Virus record (IMG/VR): IMGVR_UViG_3300048918_000175 | Span: 4,010-68,009 of that record | Strand: one strand, 5' to 3' | Source: a virus | Length of the DNA: 64,000 bases | Shown: positions 1 through 10,492 of the stretch, piece after piece | Layout: each line of letters begins with the position of its first letter | Position numbering within the stretch: the first letter of the stretch is position 1 | Notes under the pieces: generated by a model | Databases searched by the model: none | Told to the model about the DNA's origin: nothing | The model's input: only the letters and a program-made list of their open reading frames with translations | Translations under genes and position numbers: made by a program

Positions 1-179
1 GTGTCGCGACGGCAAGCAGTGCCGCGAGCAGAACATATAGAAACCTTCTCATGTGTTGTCCGTCTCCTTAGGTTTGTCCTTCGTGGGTTTGCTGGGACCG
101 AATGTGCGTTCCCAGTTATCTTCGTACACGAACTCAGGCACTTCCTTGGGGCGTCGTGTATCACCCTTTCCGTTCTGTG

Positions 180-590
180 TCATGGTGTAAGGTGTTGATC
201 GGGAAGCAAGCGACAGCGCCTGAATGGTTCATCAGAGTGACCGTACCATCCGATGGCGTGAGTCGCTTCGTGAGCATTCGCCCAGATTGACCGCTCAAGG
301 GGCTTCGTGATGTGAATGGTCGAGTCGGCAATTTCAAAGAATCCGAGAAAGTCCTTGACTTGGCCGCCCTCAACGACCCGAATAACCTCAAAGGGATGCG
401 TTTCCCACTTTATCTCCTCGAACTTCAACATCGGCTTGACACCTTCTGGGAGCGCGCATGCCACCGCGTAGTCATATGCCTGTCGTCGAATCTCCTGCAA
501 CGTGGGCGTGCGATTGCGAACGATGATCGTGCACCCCAGGATTGTTGCGAGTACGAGGTAGATCACGCCGAGCCGAGTGTATCTGTTCAT
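180..590 (-). CDS. Membrane-anchored HExxH (zincin-like) protein; paralog of 13558..13977
   Basis: N-terminal hydrophobic helix and AHEATH motif; shares motifs with the 13558 ORF. Confidence 0.6.
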   Translation of the reverse strand: MNRYTRLGVIYLVLATILGCTIIVRNRTPTLQEIRRQAYDYAVACALPEGVKPMLKFEEIKWETHPFEVIRVVEGGQVKDFLGFFEIADSTIHITKPLERSIWANAHEATHAIGWYGHSDEPFRRCRLLPDQHLTP

Positions 591-633
591 GGAGCCCTCT
601 CTGAATTGTATCTAAAAGTTATACGACCTGCAA

Positions 634-1809
634 TCAGACCTGAAGCCCCATCTTGTCCGAAGCGCGACCCACCGAGTTCTTGCTCCGCAGGATGACTCGC
701 TTCGCTCGCGCTCGCACGTCAGCGGGTGTGATGAGACCCCATGTACCGAATCCATTATTGTTGAGGGCAAACTTCACGTACACCACCTTCCCCTCAATCG
801 CATCCGCGAACAGATCCGTGTAATTGAGTTCCCCGTTCCTCGTCTCACGCTTGAAGAACCGCTCGCACGCGAGCATCAGCGACTCCACCGTTCGCTCCGC
901 CACAGAGAGCCCTGGGAGCAGTTCTAGCTGGAGATCGTCAGGGAGCGGTGCAGTTGCAGCAGGGTGCGCGAGGATCTCGTCAAAGACGCTCTGGGGGAGC
1001 GCGCCGGGGAAGATGAGCCGATATGCTGCAATCGGCCCGAGGAGCGTGTTGTACTGAACCAAAGTCTCCAAAATCTGATATTCCAGAGTATTCTTCCACT
1101 TTTCGGACTCGCCGAGCAGTGTCAGGACGTCTTTCGGCTTGATGGTGTTCGTTGTCGTTGTCTTGGCGGCCTTGGCCGAGACGACCCACGTCTTGTCAGG
1201 TTCATGGAGCGCGTAGTCCATGAGTGGTTGGTTCGCTGCGATGGGATGCTCAATGACATAAGTGCCGAGGGGCAGCATTCCCAGATGCGTGATTGCGAGT
1301 GGGCCCATGACCTCACCAAAGTAGTTTGTCACTTCACGCACAGGGATCCGTGCCTTGTGGAGTTTGTGCAAGAGGCGAACGGTGATTTCATCCCCAACAC
1401 CCGCGTAGTACCGAAACAACCCAATGAGATAGACGCGCAATCCACCGTCCATGGCCGCGTTGTCGAGCGCCTTGAGCGTCTGTGCCATATACTCAGCAGG
1501 GGTCATCCGCCTCCCGGTGAGCCCAAGGTTTGAGGGTTTGATCGGAACTGACGCGCCGACTGCACCCGCCTTCTTGGCCTTGACCGAAATGAACAGTCCG
1601 TTCGTCGCAATGTGACCCACCGACGAATACTTCTTTGATTTATCCCACACCCCGCCCGTGAGAGTCACAAGCGACTCCATCACGGGTCCTCGTCCTAGAT
1701 TGTTCGGAATGGGAGCATGCACGACAACCTCAGCGCGTGTTTTGCCTTCGACTACAACGTAATCGGGACCCAACGACGCGATGAGGTTGTTAATCAGTGC
1801 CTGCCGCAT
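634..1809 (-). CDS. Hypothetical protein, possible PD-(D/E)xK-like nuclease fold
   Basis: 391 aa ORF; PLMDY...VVSAK spacing resembles the nuclease motif. Confidence 0.5.
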   Translation of the reverse strand: MRQALINNLIASLGPDYVVVEGKTRAEVVVHAPIPNNLGRGPVMESLVTLTGGVWDKSKKYSSVGHIATNGLFISVKAKKAGAVGASVPIKPSNLGLTGRRMTPAEYMAQTLKALDNAAMDGGLRVYLIGLFRYYAGVGDEITVRLLHKLHKARIPVREVTNYFGEVMGPLAITHLGMLPLGTYVIEHPIAANQPLMDYALHEPDKTWVVSAKAAKTTTTNTIKPKDVLTLLGESEKWKNTLEYQILETLVQYNTLLGPIAAYRLIFPGALPQSVFDEILAHPAATAPLPDDLQLELLPGLSVAERTVESLMLACERFFKRETRNGELNYTDLFADAIEGKVVYVKFALNNNGFGTWGLITPADVRARAKRVILRSKNSVGRASDKMGLQV

Positions 1810-2089
1810 CAGCTACTTCTGTTCGCAATGCCAACTTGTACCGCGCGGTCTTGAATGGCACGCTCCAAACTTCACTGCCGCGATTGACGAGGTAATTGTT
1901 GTTTGTTGCGTCAACAATCCACCCCGGTTCAGCCTTGCCTAGGCGCCGAAAAGTTCGCGAGAAGAAGTCAGGTTCGTTATCCATGATGTACCAAACCTTA
2001 TCACCCACATGAAAATGCTGTGGGATGGGGTGTCCGAGTTTGACCCCTACCAGAAGTGCAACTAAAACCGCAAGTGCTGTGAACATCAA
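1790..2089 (-). CDS. Hypothetical membrane-anchored protein
   Basis: Hydrophobic N-terminus; coupled to neighbouring ORFs. Confidence 0.55.
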   Translation of the reverse strand: MMFTALAVLVALLVGVKLGHPIPQHFHVGDKVWYIMDNEPDFFSRTFRRLGKAEPGWIVDATNNNYLVNRGSEVWSVPFKTARYKLALRTEVADAAGTD

Positions 2090-3315
2090 TCCTCCGTTGA
2101 TGGAACAGTGAGCATGTCATCCAGCGCCGTCTGTGGGTTGCCCGACCAGTTGCGAAGCATGTTGACCGAGTCCTCGAAGATGACCTTCGCCATGATCTTG
2201 AGCCACGCTTCCTCAGTATCATGGTCGTACAGATCCATCGCAGCACCGAACCAGTCGAGGCTGAAGAACGTCGAGCGAGTGAGCCATTCACGAACACTCT
2301 GCACGTAATCCTTCCGAATATCACGCTCTGCTCCTGTGGGAGAATCTTCGACCGCAGAAGTTTCGATGGACGAACAATCATCGACAAACCAATTCCACTT
2401 TCTGCGAACGTCCGACAACTTCGCGAGATACACGTCTAGTTCAGGCTTGATGTACTCCTGACCTTCAGCGTCGATGCCGAATGCCGACAGCTTCTCGACC
2501 GCCTCCTCGTGCGTTGTGATGCCGAGCAAGAATGCAAGCTTGTTCACCTTACCGTCGAGACGGAACTTGATCGAATGGAGCTTGACGTACTGGGTCGCCT
2601 TGATCTTGATGAGGCGCGAGACTTCAAGCCCTTCGTCATTCAGGTCAACATACGACGCGACGACACCCTCCTTGTCGTCCCATCCCTTGACTGTTTTCAT
2701 TAATTCCTGAAAGTCAGTCGGCAGAACGTGTGACTTCGGTGCTTCGACGCCGAACATCGCAGCGAAGTACGGACCCGCACCCACAACCAACCGCAGATCG
2801 TCCTTGTCCACGAAGCCGAGATAGGTTAGCGTCGGCTCCGTGTAGCGAATGACGATGCGGTTTTCGGGCGACGTGTACTCAAAGAGCCATGAGCAGTTCT
2901 CAAACCCCGCGAGGTCGTTGCCCAAGAAGCGAGGATACTTCTCCTCGATCATCTTCATGACCTCATCACGGAAGTCGCCGAGGTCAAAGTTGCCCCGAGT
3001 GCGCAACTGCATCCCACCTTTCCGGAAGTCTGCGATGATAAGCGTACCATCCATCTTCTCAGCGAAAGAAACCTCACCTCTCACCAACTTGTGTGCAAAT
3101 TCAACATCGTCGGGCTTGTCCTCACCGTAGTTGCGAAACTTCGGGAAGCCCGACGAGAGCACCTCACCCGTCTGACGATCTACAAGCAGAGAACGATACT
3201 TCAGTTCCTCCTCGGTCCAGACGTGCTTTGACTTCGCGGGGTTGATGAGAAAGATCCCATCCCGCTCCTTTACATCGAAGTCATCGCGGTTGATTGCTGC
3301 CAAATCAATCTTCAT
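2086..3315 (-). CDS. rnlA: RNA ligase 1 (T4 Rnl1-like)
   Basis: FPKFRNYGE, adenylation motif EKMDGT, FEY, EGVV and KIK motifs. Confidence 0.85.
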   Translation of the reverse strand: MKIDLAAINRDDFDVKERDGIFLINPAKSKHVWTEEELKYRSLLVDRQTGEVLSSGFPKFRNYGEDKPDDVEFAHKLVRGEVSFAEKMDGTLIIADFRKGGMQLRTRGNFDLGDFRDEVMKMIEEKYPRFLGNDLAGFENCSWLFEYTSPENRIVIRYTEPTLTYLGFVDKDDLRLVVGAGPYFAAMFGVEAPKSHVLPTDFQELMKTVKGWDDKEGVVASYVDLNDEGLEVSRLIKIKATQYVKLHSIKFRLDGKVNKLAFLLGITTHEEAVEKLSAFGIDAEGQEYIKPELDVYLAKLSDVRRKWNWFVDDCSSIETSAVEDSPTGAERDIRKDYVQSVREWLTRSTFFSLDWFGAAMDLYDHDTEEAWLKIMAKVIFEDSVNMLRNWSGNPQTALDDMLTVPSTED

Positions 3316-4672
3316 TGATCGACTTCTCCCGTTCGTGATAGGTTTTCAGTGCATCGACCTGCACCAACGTCACTTCCGGGAATCGGAACGCCGTCAGCTT
3401 TCCACCGAACACACATCCTGAGTCAACGTTGACGACACGATAGTCCCGATCGCCGAATGCATTGTCCGTGACAGTGTGACCATGCACCTGCCAGGGCTGA
3501 CCTCGCTGATTCGGCCACGAACTCACCCATGCCTCTGAGCGAATTGGGAACCCATCGTCACCGTGTCCTTTCACGTCACCATAGATGGCGTGTGACTGCG
3601 CCGTCTTGTCGTTCCGCCCCACCATGTAGCGTGGGATACCTGCGTGTGAAATCACAACACTTTCCGGAATGCTCTGACCCGGGACAGTGAGTGTCAACTG
3701 ATACGGGAGATTGATGAGAAAGTCCTTGTACTCGGCCTGTGCTTCGGGTGGTGCAAACTCATTCAACTGGTCGAGTGTGCCCTGAAGCCCATGCCCGATC
3801 TTGACCTTGTTTCCCTTGAGCGCACGCCCAAGCTTGTTGTCGTGATTGCCCTGCACGCACACTGCATCGCCTGCATCCACTAGCGACTTGACGGCCGCAA
3901 GTGCCGCATCGTTGAACGGGCCTCGGTCAGTAATGTCACCGACAAACGCAATCCGACGACCATAGGGGTGAATGGCGCGTAGTGGAAACGTCGTATGCAC
4001 TTCTATCTCGTACCCGAGCCGCGCGAGAAGTTCGCACAACTCCTCCATGCACCCGTGAATGTCACCGATGATATCCCAGCCCACCGCGAGCATCTCGGTC
4101 ACGCCCGGTGTCGCAATCTTCACCGTGTACCGCTGCTCGGGATCGAGGCGAATCACTTGATCGTAGACGGGCTCGTAATCACCCCCATCCATGATCCTCT
4201 CCAGTGCGCCGAGATAGTCTGCATGGTGCTTCGTAATCACCTCGGGTGGCACGAAGCGCGCACGCTTGGCGTTGTTGGCAATGCACTGCTCCACTGGCGT
4301 GTCGAATGCGAGCACCACCAGCGGCACTTCATGCTCGCTCGCGTACCGGGAGAGCGAATACCGCGCAGACCGTGTGAGATTCGTTGCGTCCGCCACCGTC
4401 AGCTTCTTGTGCTTGAGGCGCGAGTCGATGATCTTGTAAAAGACCTCGAATGCAGTGCCCGACACTCGCTGATTGGACTCGTCGTCGCAGACCAGTGCGC
4501 GGCAGACGTCCGACGAGACGATCTCCGTCGGGCGGAAGTAGTTGTGGGCGAATGTTGACTTGCCCGAGCCTGATGGCCCGACCAAGAGAACAAGCGAGTT
4601 CGGTTGCAGAATGATTGGATGAAAAATGTCTTTGGTCATCATCTCTGTTGTAGAAGGTCGTGTGTTGCTCAT
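3305..4672 (-). CDS. Polynucleotide kinase / metallophosphoesterase (Pnkp-like end-healing enzyme)
   Basis: GPSGSGKST P-loop, SSD and DATN kinase motifs; GDIHGC, GDITDRG, GNHD, HAG, VHGHT and DSGC phosphatase motifs. Confidence 0.9.
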   Translation of the reverse strand: MSNTRPSTTEMMTKDIFHPIILQPNSLVLLVGPSGSGKSTFAHNYFRPTEIVSSDVCRALVCDDESNQRVSGTAFEVFYKIIDSRLKHKKLTVADATNLTRSARYSLSRYASEHEVPLVVLAFDTPVEQCIANNAKRARFVPPEVITKHHADYLGALERIMDGGDYEPVYDQVIRLDPEQRYTVKIATPGVTEMLAVGWDIIGDIHGCMEELCELLARLGYEIEVHTTFPLRAIHPYGRRIAFVGDITDRGPFNDAALAAVKSLVDAGDAVCVQGNHDNKLGRALKGNKVKIGHGLQGTLDQLNEFAPPEAQAEYKDFLINLPYQLTLTVPGQSIPESVVISHAGIPRYMVGRNDKTAQSHAIYGDVKGHGDDGFPIRSEAWVSSWPNQRGQPWQVHGHTVTDNAFGDRDYRVVNVDSGCVFGGKLTAFRFPEVTLVQVDALKTYHEREKSINED

Positions 4673-4705
4673 GAAGATGAATCTACAACCGAACTCCTAA
4701 TTCCT

Positions 4706-5782
4706 CTACTGCAAATCTGTCCGATTCTTGTCGAGGAGATACGCTTCCGCAATTGACTTCGCGATGCACCGTCCATTTCGATTGCGGCGTTCAATCTGGG
4801 GCTTGACAACGACGCCCTCGCGTGTATGAGACCCGCCGACAGTCGTGGTCCCGTTCGTGTACTCATTCAGCTTCTCAAACGAGAATGGCCCTGCCCAGAG
4901 AATCGGCACCGTGTCGATGTTCTTGTCGAAGCAGACCTCGCGCATTCCTGCGATAGAGAGGAACCCTTCTTCGTCCTCGACCGAATCGGAATAGTAAATG
5001 TCGAATGCGCGATAATTCAACTTACCGTTCTCGCCGCCGTATGTGAGATTCTGAATTCCCGCCCCGTAAATCTCACCCCACAAGATCACCACGTCAAAGC
5101 CCGTGAGATCCAGCAAGTAATTCAGGAACGCCTCGAGGTCATACTGAATCGCAGCGCGCCAGTAGAGATTCGTGTCCTCACGCTCTAGGATCATGCGGCG
5201 TGACGACACAAGCATCTCCCGATCATCCTTCGTCATACCGACGCCGAAGTTCGTGCCATGAATCTTCTCGGTCATGACGACGTTCTCACCGAGCGTGAAC
5301 GTGTCCGGCTCTTTCTTGATATTCTCGATATTGGTGTACGTCGGGAACCAAGATGGACGAGGCCGCGCTCGCCCAGCCATGTTCGCGGGGATCGGCTGCT
5401 CGTACTTCTCAATGCCCAGGAGATGACCGATACCCGATCCCACCTTGCAGTTCTCAAGGCCACCGAAGCCTCGCTTCTCAAGCGCCTGCATGGCAACGTG
5501 GTATGGGACTACCAAGCCCTGCGACAGTTCGCCTCTCAGACGAATGGCCTTCACGCGATTCTTGAGTGGACCCGCGAGCTTACCCTCGTAACCAAACTCG
5601 GCAGCGAGTTCAACGGGAAGCAAAGCCTCTTCGGGGATGTAGAGGACCAGATCACCCGTCTTGTGAATGCCCTTCCCGACGACTGCGCGATAGCCACCGA
5701 CGCGGGCAAGCTCCAGCAAGTCGGCGTTGGGGTGTGCTGATACTTCATCCAGATTGACGAGTTCTACAGAGAAAGTGCTCAT
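4706..5782 (-). CDS. RNA ligase, DRB0094 family (N-terminal OB-fold)
   Basis: HPNADLLEL N-terminus, LRGELSQGL, EKIHGTN, GEIYG, FDI and EGVVVK motifs. Confidence 0.85.
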   Translation of the reverse strand: MSTFSVELVNLDEVSAHPNADLLELARVGGYRAVVGKGIHKTGDLVLYIPEEALLPVELAAEFGYEGKLAGPLKNRVKAIRLRGELSQGLVVPYHVAMQALEKRGFGGLENCKVGSGIGHLLGIEKYEQPIPANMAGRARPRPSWFPTYTNIENIKKEPDTFTLGENVVMTEKIHGTNFGVGMTKDDREMLVSSRRMILEREDTNLYWRAAIQYDLEAFLNYLLDLTGFDVVILWGEIYGAGIQNLTYGGENGKLNYRAFDIYYSDSVEDEEGFLSIAGMREVCFDKNIDTVPILWAGPFSFEKLNEYTNGTTTVGGSHTREGVVVKPQIERRNRNGRCIAKSIAEAYLLDKNRTDLQ

Positions 5783-5997
5783 TTTACCTCAATGCAAGGG
5801 TAGTCTACTTCGACGGGGACGGAGACACGAAATCGTTGTGAATAGTGGGGACCATGTCCCTTGACGCTACGGGTGTTGTGACTCCATCGCTGCCCGGTTA
5901 TCTTTCCACAGTGGCAACACTTTACTTCATCGGCACCGCCGAAGAATCCCGCAGTCGTGCCGTTGCCTGTTGCGTGCCAGCAGTGTTTGCGTTCCAT
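5779..5997 (-). CDS. Small Cys/His-rich hypothetical protein
   Basis: HCWH and CCHC motifs; overlaps the ligase start. Confidence 0.45.
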   Translation of the reverse strand: MERKHCWHATGNGTTAGFFGGADEVKCCHCGKITGQRWSHNTRSVKGHGPHYSQRFRVSVPVEVDYPCIEVK

Positions 5998-6476
5998 ATC
6001 CTCATCCAGTCGAAGTTGGGTCCGGGGTCTTGTTTGCGACCACGCGGGAATGCAATGTCAGAGTGTCCTACAATCTTCGTTGAATCTATGTCGGGGTATT
6101 GGCCCCGCAAGGACGAGAGTAGCCAATTCAACGAGGCATACTGCGCATCGGTATACGGAACCGTTCCTGATCCCGAGAGACAAATACCAATTGAATAATG
6201 GTTGAGTCGCAGATACCCATGCCAATACGAAAGACCTGCGTGGCGCGCCTCGTATTTCGGGTCAATAAGTTTGTAAATGACCCCGTCCTTCCCGATGACG
6301 TAATGGTACGCGTTCCGCTTGCGCTTCAGGTACCGAATCGTCTCGCGCACCGTCTCAGACGAATCGTAATGGATGACGACGATGTTATCGGACGTTGCGC
6401 GTGTCTTGCTGTGGGGAAACGGCACCGAGACGATCTTCGGCGCGAGCGTCAACCACAGCAAGAGGATCAACCTCAT
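5922..6476 (-). CDS. N-acetylmuramoyl-L-alanine amidase (Amidase_2)
   Basis: VVIH, AYHY, ARHAG, SIGI, YTDAQ, GHSDIA and KQDPG motifs. Confidence 0.85.
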   Translation of the reverse strand: MRLILLLWLTLAPKIVSVPFPHSKTRATSDNIVVIHYDSSETVRETIRYLKRKRNAYHYVIGKDGVIYKLIDPKYEARHAGLSYWHGYLRLNHYSIGICLSGSGTVPYTDAQYASLNWLLSSLRGQYPDIDSTKIVGHSDIAFPRGRKQDPGPNFDWMRIWNANTAGTQQATARLRDSSAVPMK

Positions 6477-6982
6477 AGGAGCGAGAGATTATACCGCTTC
6501 GCGAGGTGATGCTGTGTGAGAGTGAGGGCGTGCTTGTCCTTCGATGAATCGGTGTAGAAGAACCGATCGAGGCAGCCCTTCTGCTGGAGTTCGTAAAACT
6601 CATGGGCGGAGAGTTCGTCCTCGACCCACACCCAGTCGCGGGTGAAGTCAATCCCCGTCGTCTTGGTCGTGCAGTTATGAGAATCGGGATTCACGATAGA
6701 CGCAAGGCGATTCTTTGAGACCTGCAGAATATCAGCCAGCCGCTCCGAGTCAGAGGCGCCGAGGAAACCAATACCCGTCCAGCATGTCAGCCACCGCACT
6801 TCAAAGTGCTCCATCGCCCAGTGAATGAAGTTCGCAGCACCTTCCGCGGGGCCACCGCTAGGATGCTTCTGGTAATAGGCCTTCGCCTCCGAGTCCGTCA
6901 TGTGCTCGGGGAATCGGAGCAGGGTCCCATCAATATCAAGGTACAGGATCGGCTTCCGCGTGTCCTTCTGTGTCTCCGTCAT
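6473..6982 (-). CDS. HAD-superfamily hydrolase (possible RNA-repair phosphatase type)
   Basis: LYLDIDGTL motif I, WLTCW and WVEDE. Confidence 0.7.
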   Translation of the reverse strand: MTETQKDTRKPILYLDIDGTLLRFPEHMTDSEAKAYYQKHPSGGPAEGAANFIHWAMEHFEVRWLTCWTGIGFLGASDSERLADILQVSKNRLASIVNPDSHNCTTKTTGIDFTRDWVWVEDELSAHEFYELQQKGCLDRFFYTDSSKDKHALTLTQHHLAKRYNLSLL

Positions 6983-7099
6983 GTCGTTTCTTCCTCAGCA
7001 CTTTGGATGATAGCGCGATGACCCATGTCAGGGACCAGTGGTGGCCCGCGAGTTTCAGGGCTTCCTGGAGATCAAGGACGTCGCCGCCGTTATACAAGA

Positions 7100-7339
7100 C
7101 TAGTTCGGCCACTTCTTCCGGGGACATGCTTCGCCTCCAGGTAGGGGCGAGAATGCTTTCCCTTTCAGCGGGCACCCACAGTCATCGCAGGTGTACGAGA
7201 GAATCAGTGGGGTAAAGACCTTCGCGGGGCAGGTCTCACAGATCGCTAACCTCTCTGCGGCTCGGGCTCCCTGTTCCGGAGTCCCCTTGAAGACCCGTAC
7301 CCACGCCGTCGCGATTTCTCCGAGATTTGGAATTTCCAT
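7100..7339 (-). CDS. Small Cys-rich protein
   Basis: CxxC, CxxCGC and CPxxKW pattern common in large phages. Confidence 0.6.
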   Translation of the reverse strand: MEIPNLGEIATAWVRVFKGTPEQGARAAERLAICETCPAKVFTPLILSYTCDDCGCPLKGKAFSPLPGGEACPRKKWPN

Positions 7340-7522
7340 CAGGGACTACTCCTGCATCATCATGGTATGCGAGAAAGGCGAGGGCCAACTCGACCAGCGA
7401 GGGTTGCTCCCACCGGAGGAGCGTCGAGTGGTTGACGATGTTCTCTGCCCGATGCACAGCAGAGATGTATGCATCACCTGTCGGTCTCGGGAGGTCGTGT
7501 TGAAAATGCACGTCTCTCATAG

Positions 7523-7924
7523 TTAGTGCCTCGTGTTGGCAAGTGCTGCATCAATCTCGGCGTTCGTGTAATGCCGCGAGAGTAGCATTCCTCGGAACCT
7601 GTTCCAGTGGTGCTTATACAGCATCGGGATGGGATCACCCTTCGGGATCCTAAATTGATCTGCGTTGATGGTTGCAATCGTGAGGGCAAAGAGCAGGTCA
7701 TGATGGAGGGCAGACCCGAATAGCCTCCAGCTTCCTTCCACACCGACTGTCCACACCTCAGCCTTCCATTCGCGCGTTGACCGCACCGCGTCTAACTTCA
7801 CGGAGAAGTCGCGAATTTCGAGATAGAGGAGAATTGCTTCGATCTGCGCCGACACGTCGTCGGTGTCGAACTTGGATTTCTTGAAAATCTCGTAATTGGT
7901 GGGCTTCTTAGCTTTTGGCATCAA
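7523..7924 (-). CDS. Hypothetical protein
   Basis: 133 aa ORF with upstream GGGAG RBS. Confidence 0.6.
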   Translation of the reverse strand: MMPKAKKPTNYEIFKKSKFDTDDVSAQIEAILLYLEIRDFSVKLDAVRSTREWKAEVWTVGVEGSWRLFGSALHHDLLFALTIATINADQFRIPKGDPIPMLYKHHWNRFRGMLLSRHYTNAEIDAALANTRH

Positions 7925-8818
7925 GTCTCCCGTGAGTAGCAGGCACGCGTCTCTCCGCGTTTCATATTTCGTTCATCGTGTAGGTTCTCTTTCCCGTCTC
8001 ACCGTCACGCTGCGCGCGGCGAAAGCAATCGGCCAGCTTGTCGGACAGATCAGTGACCCGATGAAGGTTGGGCCACGTGTACCAGATGTTACCAAACCCA
8101 CTCGCCTCACTCACGAACTCTGACTCCCAGAGTTTCTTGCCGAACAGATACACCCGCTTGGTTATCATGTGGGAGTACCTGCTTCCGGGCACATGGGTGT
8201 ATTCATACTGAATCATTGTACCTTCCTCTGAAAGTATGCGTCGAGTTCCTCGACATACGAGATCCGACATGCTTCGACAAATTCCGAGTCTCGCTTCATG
8301 ATTTCCGGGATCCACGTGAGCCCCGAACAGAAATGCTCTGATATCGGATGGACACCGTACCCCTTCACAAGCCAGCCAGCGAGAGTGCGCACCTTCCACA
8401 TCTTCCCGTGATAGACGCCTGTCGGCACCGAGCGCGAATACTCGGGGAGCGAGTCCAGTTGCCGCTGTGATAGCCGAAGCGTTCGCATCCTAGAAGAGGC
8501 GGTCGAGAAAATTGAACGTGCCGTTCCCGAGCCATTCAACGAAGCCGAAGAAGCGCCCGATGAGCCAGACACCCGCGGCGATAACGACAACGAGACCTGT
8601 GAGCCCGACGACGATAGAGGCCAAGATAAACAGGGCAAACAGAAAGGTATCCATGATTCAGTCTTCAAAGAGAGTGACGATGCCTATGAACAGCATCGGA
8701 ATCGGCCACAGTAGGACGATGAGAAAATTGCGCCAGTTGATTTCATGGCGATAGAGCGTCACGGCCCCGTGCCCCATCAGCAGGTATACGACCGCATAGA
8801 ACACCCAGAGAATCGGAA

Positions 8819-9154
8819 TCATGCGAGGACCCAGTCCGGTGAAAGCACGTCATGCGAGTACGGTTGCCAGACCGCCGGCGCCTTGGCCAAGAACTTCGGG
8901 AGGAGGACGAACACGTCGTTCCCCAGCTTGAAGATGCGCGACTCAGGATGCCATGCAACACGTCGAATTGATTCACCTGCGCGGAGATGCTTCATGGCCT
9001 TCTCAAAGGTCATCCGCGTCTTCCGCGCTTTGGGTGTCGGTGTCGCGGGGCCTTTCAGTTTCTTCATACGCATCTCCTTTTTGTGAGCGGCCGCTTGCCG
9101 CATGAATTGTTCTTCCGTAATGGGTCCCGTCCGATCGGCGTAGCGAATAGTCAC
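8819..9154 (-). CDS. Hypothetical protein
   Basis: Operonic ORF; MTFEKAMKHLRAGESIRR...DVLSPDW resembles a common small phage protein family. Confidence 0.6.
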   Translation of the reverse strand: MTIRYADRTGPITEEQFMRQAAAHKKEMRMKKLKGPATPTPKARKTRMTFEKAMKHLRAGESIRRVAWHPESRIFKLGNDVFVLLPKFLAKAPAVWQPYSHDVLSPDWVLA

Positions 9155-9423
9155 TAGAACCCCTTCCGGTATGTCACGGCCGATACGTCGCTGAGGGTGA
9201 TCGTGTGAAGCTGCCGACGCGCGAGCGGATGTGCTTCCCAGGTGAACGTCGTGAGTTCATTGCTGTCGGAACGCTGGGTCGTGATCTTCTTGGTCCAGAG
9301 CGTGAGCCGATCTCCGGACTTCAGATACACGGTCACCCGAAGGAGCGTGCGCCCCACGACCCCGATGACGAACAGGACAAAGAGGACGAGATACAGGATC
9401 GCCTCAATCTGAAAGGGATCCAT
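9154..9423 (-). CDS. Membrane-anchored hypothetical protein
   Basis: N-terminal TM helix; coupled stop/start. Confidence 0.6.
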   Translation of the reverse strand: MDPFQIEAILYLVLFVLFVIGVVGRTLLRVTVYLKSGDRLTLWTKKITTQRSDSNELTTFTWEAHPLARRQLHTITLSDVSAVTYRKGF

Positions 9424-9851
9424 CAGATCACCCCTGCATCAGTGAACACGGCCGTCGAGAGCCCAAGCTCCGAGGCAATACGCCGCATCCCCGCGACCCA
9501 GTCTGCGAACCATTCGGTGTCCGTCGGGGTCGCGAAGGGATCGGAAGACGCATCAGAGAGGGCTCCTGGCGAGTTCAGGACTGGGGCGTCGTGTGCCCGT
9601 TGAAGGCGCTGGACAAAGAGGACATCCTTGTCATCGACGCCCATCGCGTCATAAACGGGCGTGTCGAGGCCCGAGAATGAGATGGTCTCCATCGTGGGCC
9701 TGTAGACCTCATCGGGGATCAAGTGCCCCGCGGCACACTTTCTCCCGTTGGGACCGCGGTACATGCACCCCTTGCCGACTTCAAACGACGGTCCCCGCTG
9801 GGCAATGAGCGCGAGCGCAACGGCGTTGAACAACTCTTGGCGCGTTTTCAT
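9423..9851 (-). CDS. Hypothetical protein, tandem paralog of 9848..10252
   Basis: Start re-set to MKTRQ; shares CMYRGPxGxKCAAGHLIPDE and LQxxHD. Confidence 0.7.
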   Translation of the reverse strand: MKTRQELFNAVALALIAQRGPSFEVGKGCMYRGPNGRKCAAGHLIPDEVYRPTMETISFSGLDTPVYDAMGVDDKDVLFVQRLQRAHDAPVLNSPGALSDASSDPFATPTDTEWFADWVAGMRRIASELGLSTAVFTDAGVI

Positions 9852-10252
9852 TGCGACACCGTATCGAGGACCGCGGGAGACAGATCGTACCGTGCTGCCA
9901 GGGCCCGCATCTTCGTGACCCACTGCGGGAGCCAGGCCTCAGCAGGAATCTCGGTCCACTCTGAATCGACAAGCATCGGATCATCGTGACAGGTCTGGAG
10001 ATCGCGGACAAACATCCTGTCGGCGTAGGTTCCAATACCTATCGCAGAGAGGAGCGGCTCCTCGAAATGAACCGCGAGAATGGACCTCCCTTCTAGGCCC
10101 GGGGTATAGTGTTCGTCGGGGATCAGGTGCCCCGCGGCACACTTCGACCCCTCGGGTCCCCGGTACATACATCCCTTGTCAACGGAGAACGAGGGGCGAC
10201 CCTGTGCGAGGAGTGCGAGTGCAACTCTGTTGAATACGTCCTGACGATTCAT
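9848..10252 (-). CDS. Hypothetical protein, tandem paralog of 9423..9851
   Basis: Same motif; GAGAGGGA RBS. Confidence 0.7.
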   Translation of the reverse strand: MNRQDVFNRVALALLAQGRPSFSVDKGCMYRGPEGSKCAAGHLIPDEHYTPGLEGRSILAVHFEEPLLSAIGIGTYADRMFVRDLQTCHDDPMLVDSEWTEIPAEAWLPQWVTKMRALAARYDLSPAVLDTVSQ

Positions 10253-10267
10253 GTTGTTCCCTCTCAG

Positions 10268-10492
10268 TTAGTGTCCGTAATTGAAGCCAAAGAGCCACGT
10301 CTGTGTCCCTACAACCATTTCTTCGTCATAGGAACCGCAGCAGCCCGCGTCACGATCTAGGTTGTACTCGGCGACCGAATCGTAGTCAGAGCGGAGTGCG
10401 AAGCGTGCATTGTCCACACACTCATGGCTCTCAAACGCAACATCGAATGCGTCTTGCACGACGCTCGGTACTGAATGGTAGTCATATCTCAT
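10268..10492 (-). CDS. Hypothetical protein, probably leaderless
   Basis: ATG lies 7 nt downstream of the -10 box at 10499-10504. Confidence 0.55.
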   Translation of the reverse strand: MRYDYHSVPSVVQDAFDVAFESHECVDNARFALRSDYDSVAEYNLDRDAGCCGSYDEEMVVGTQTWLFGFNYGH

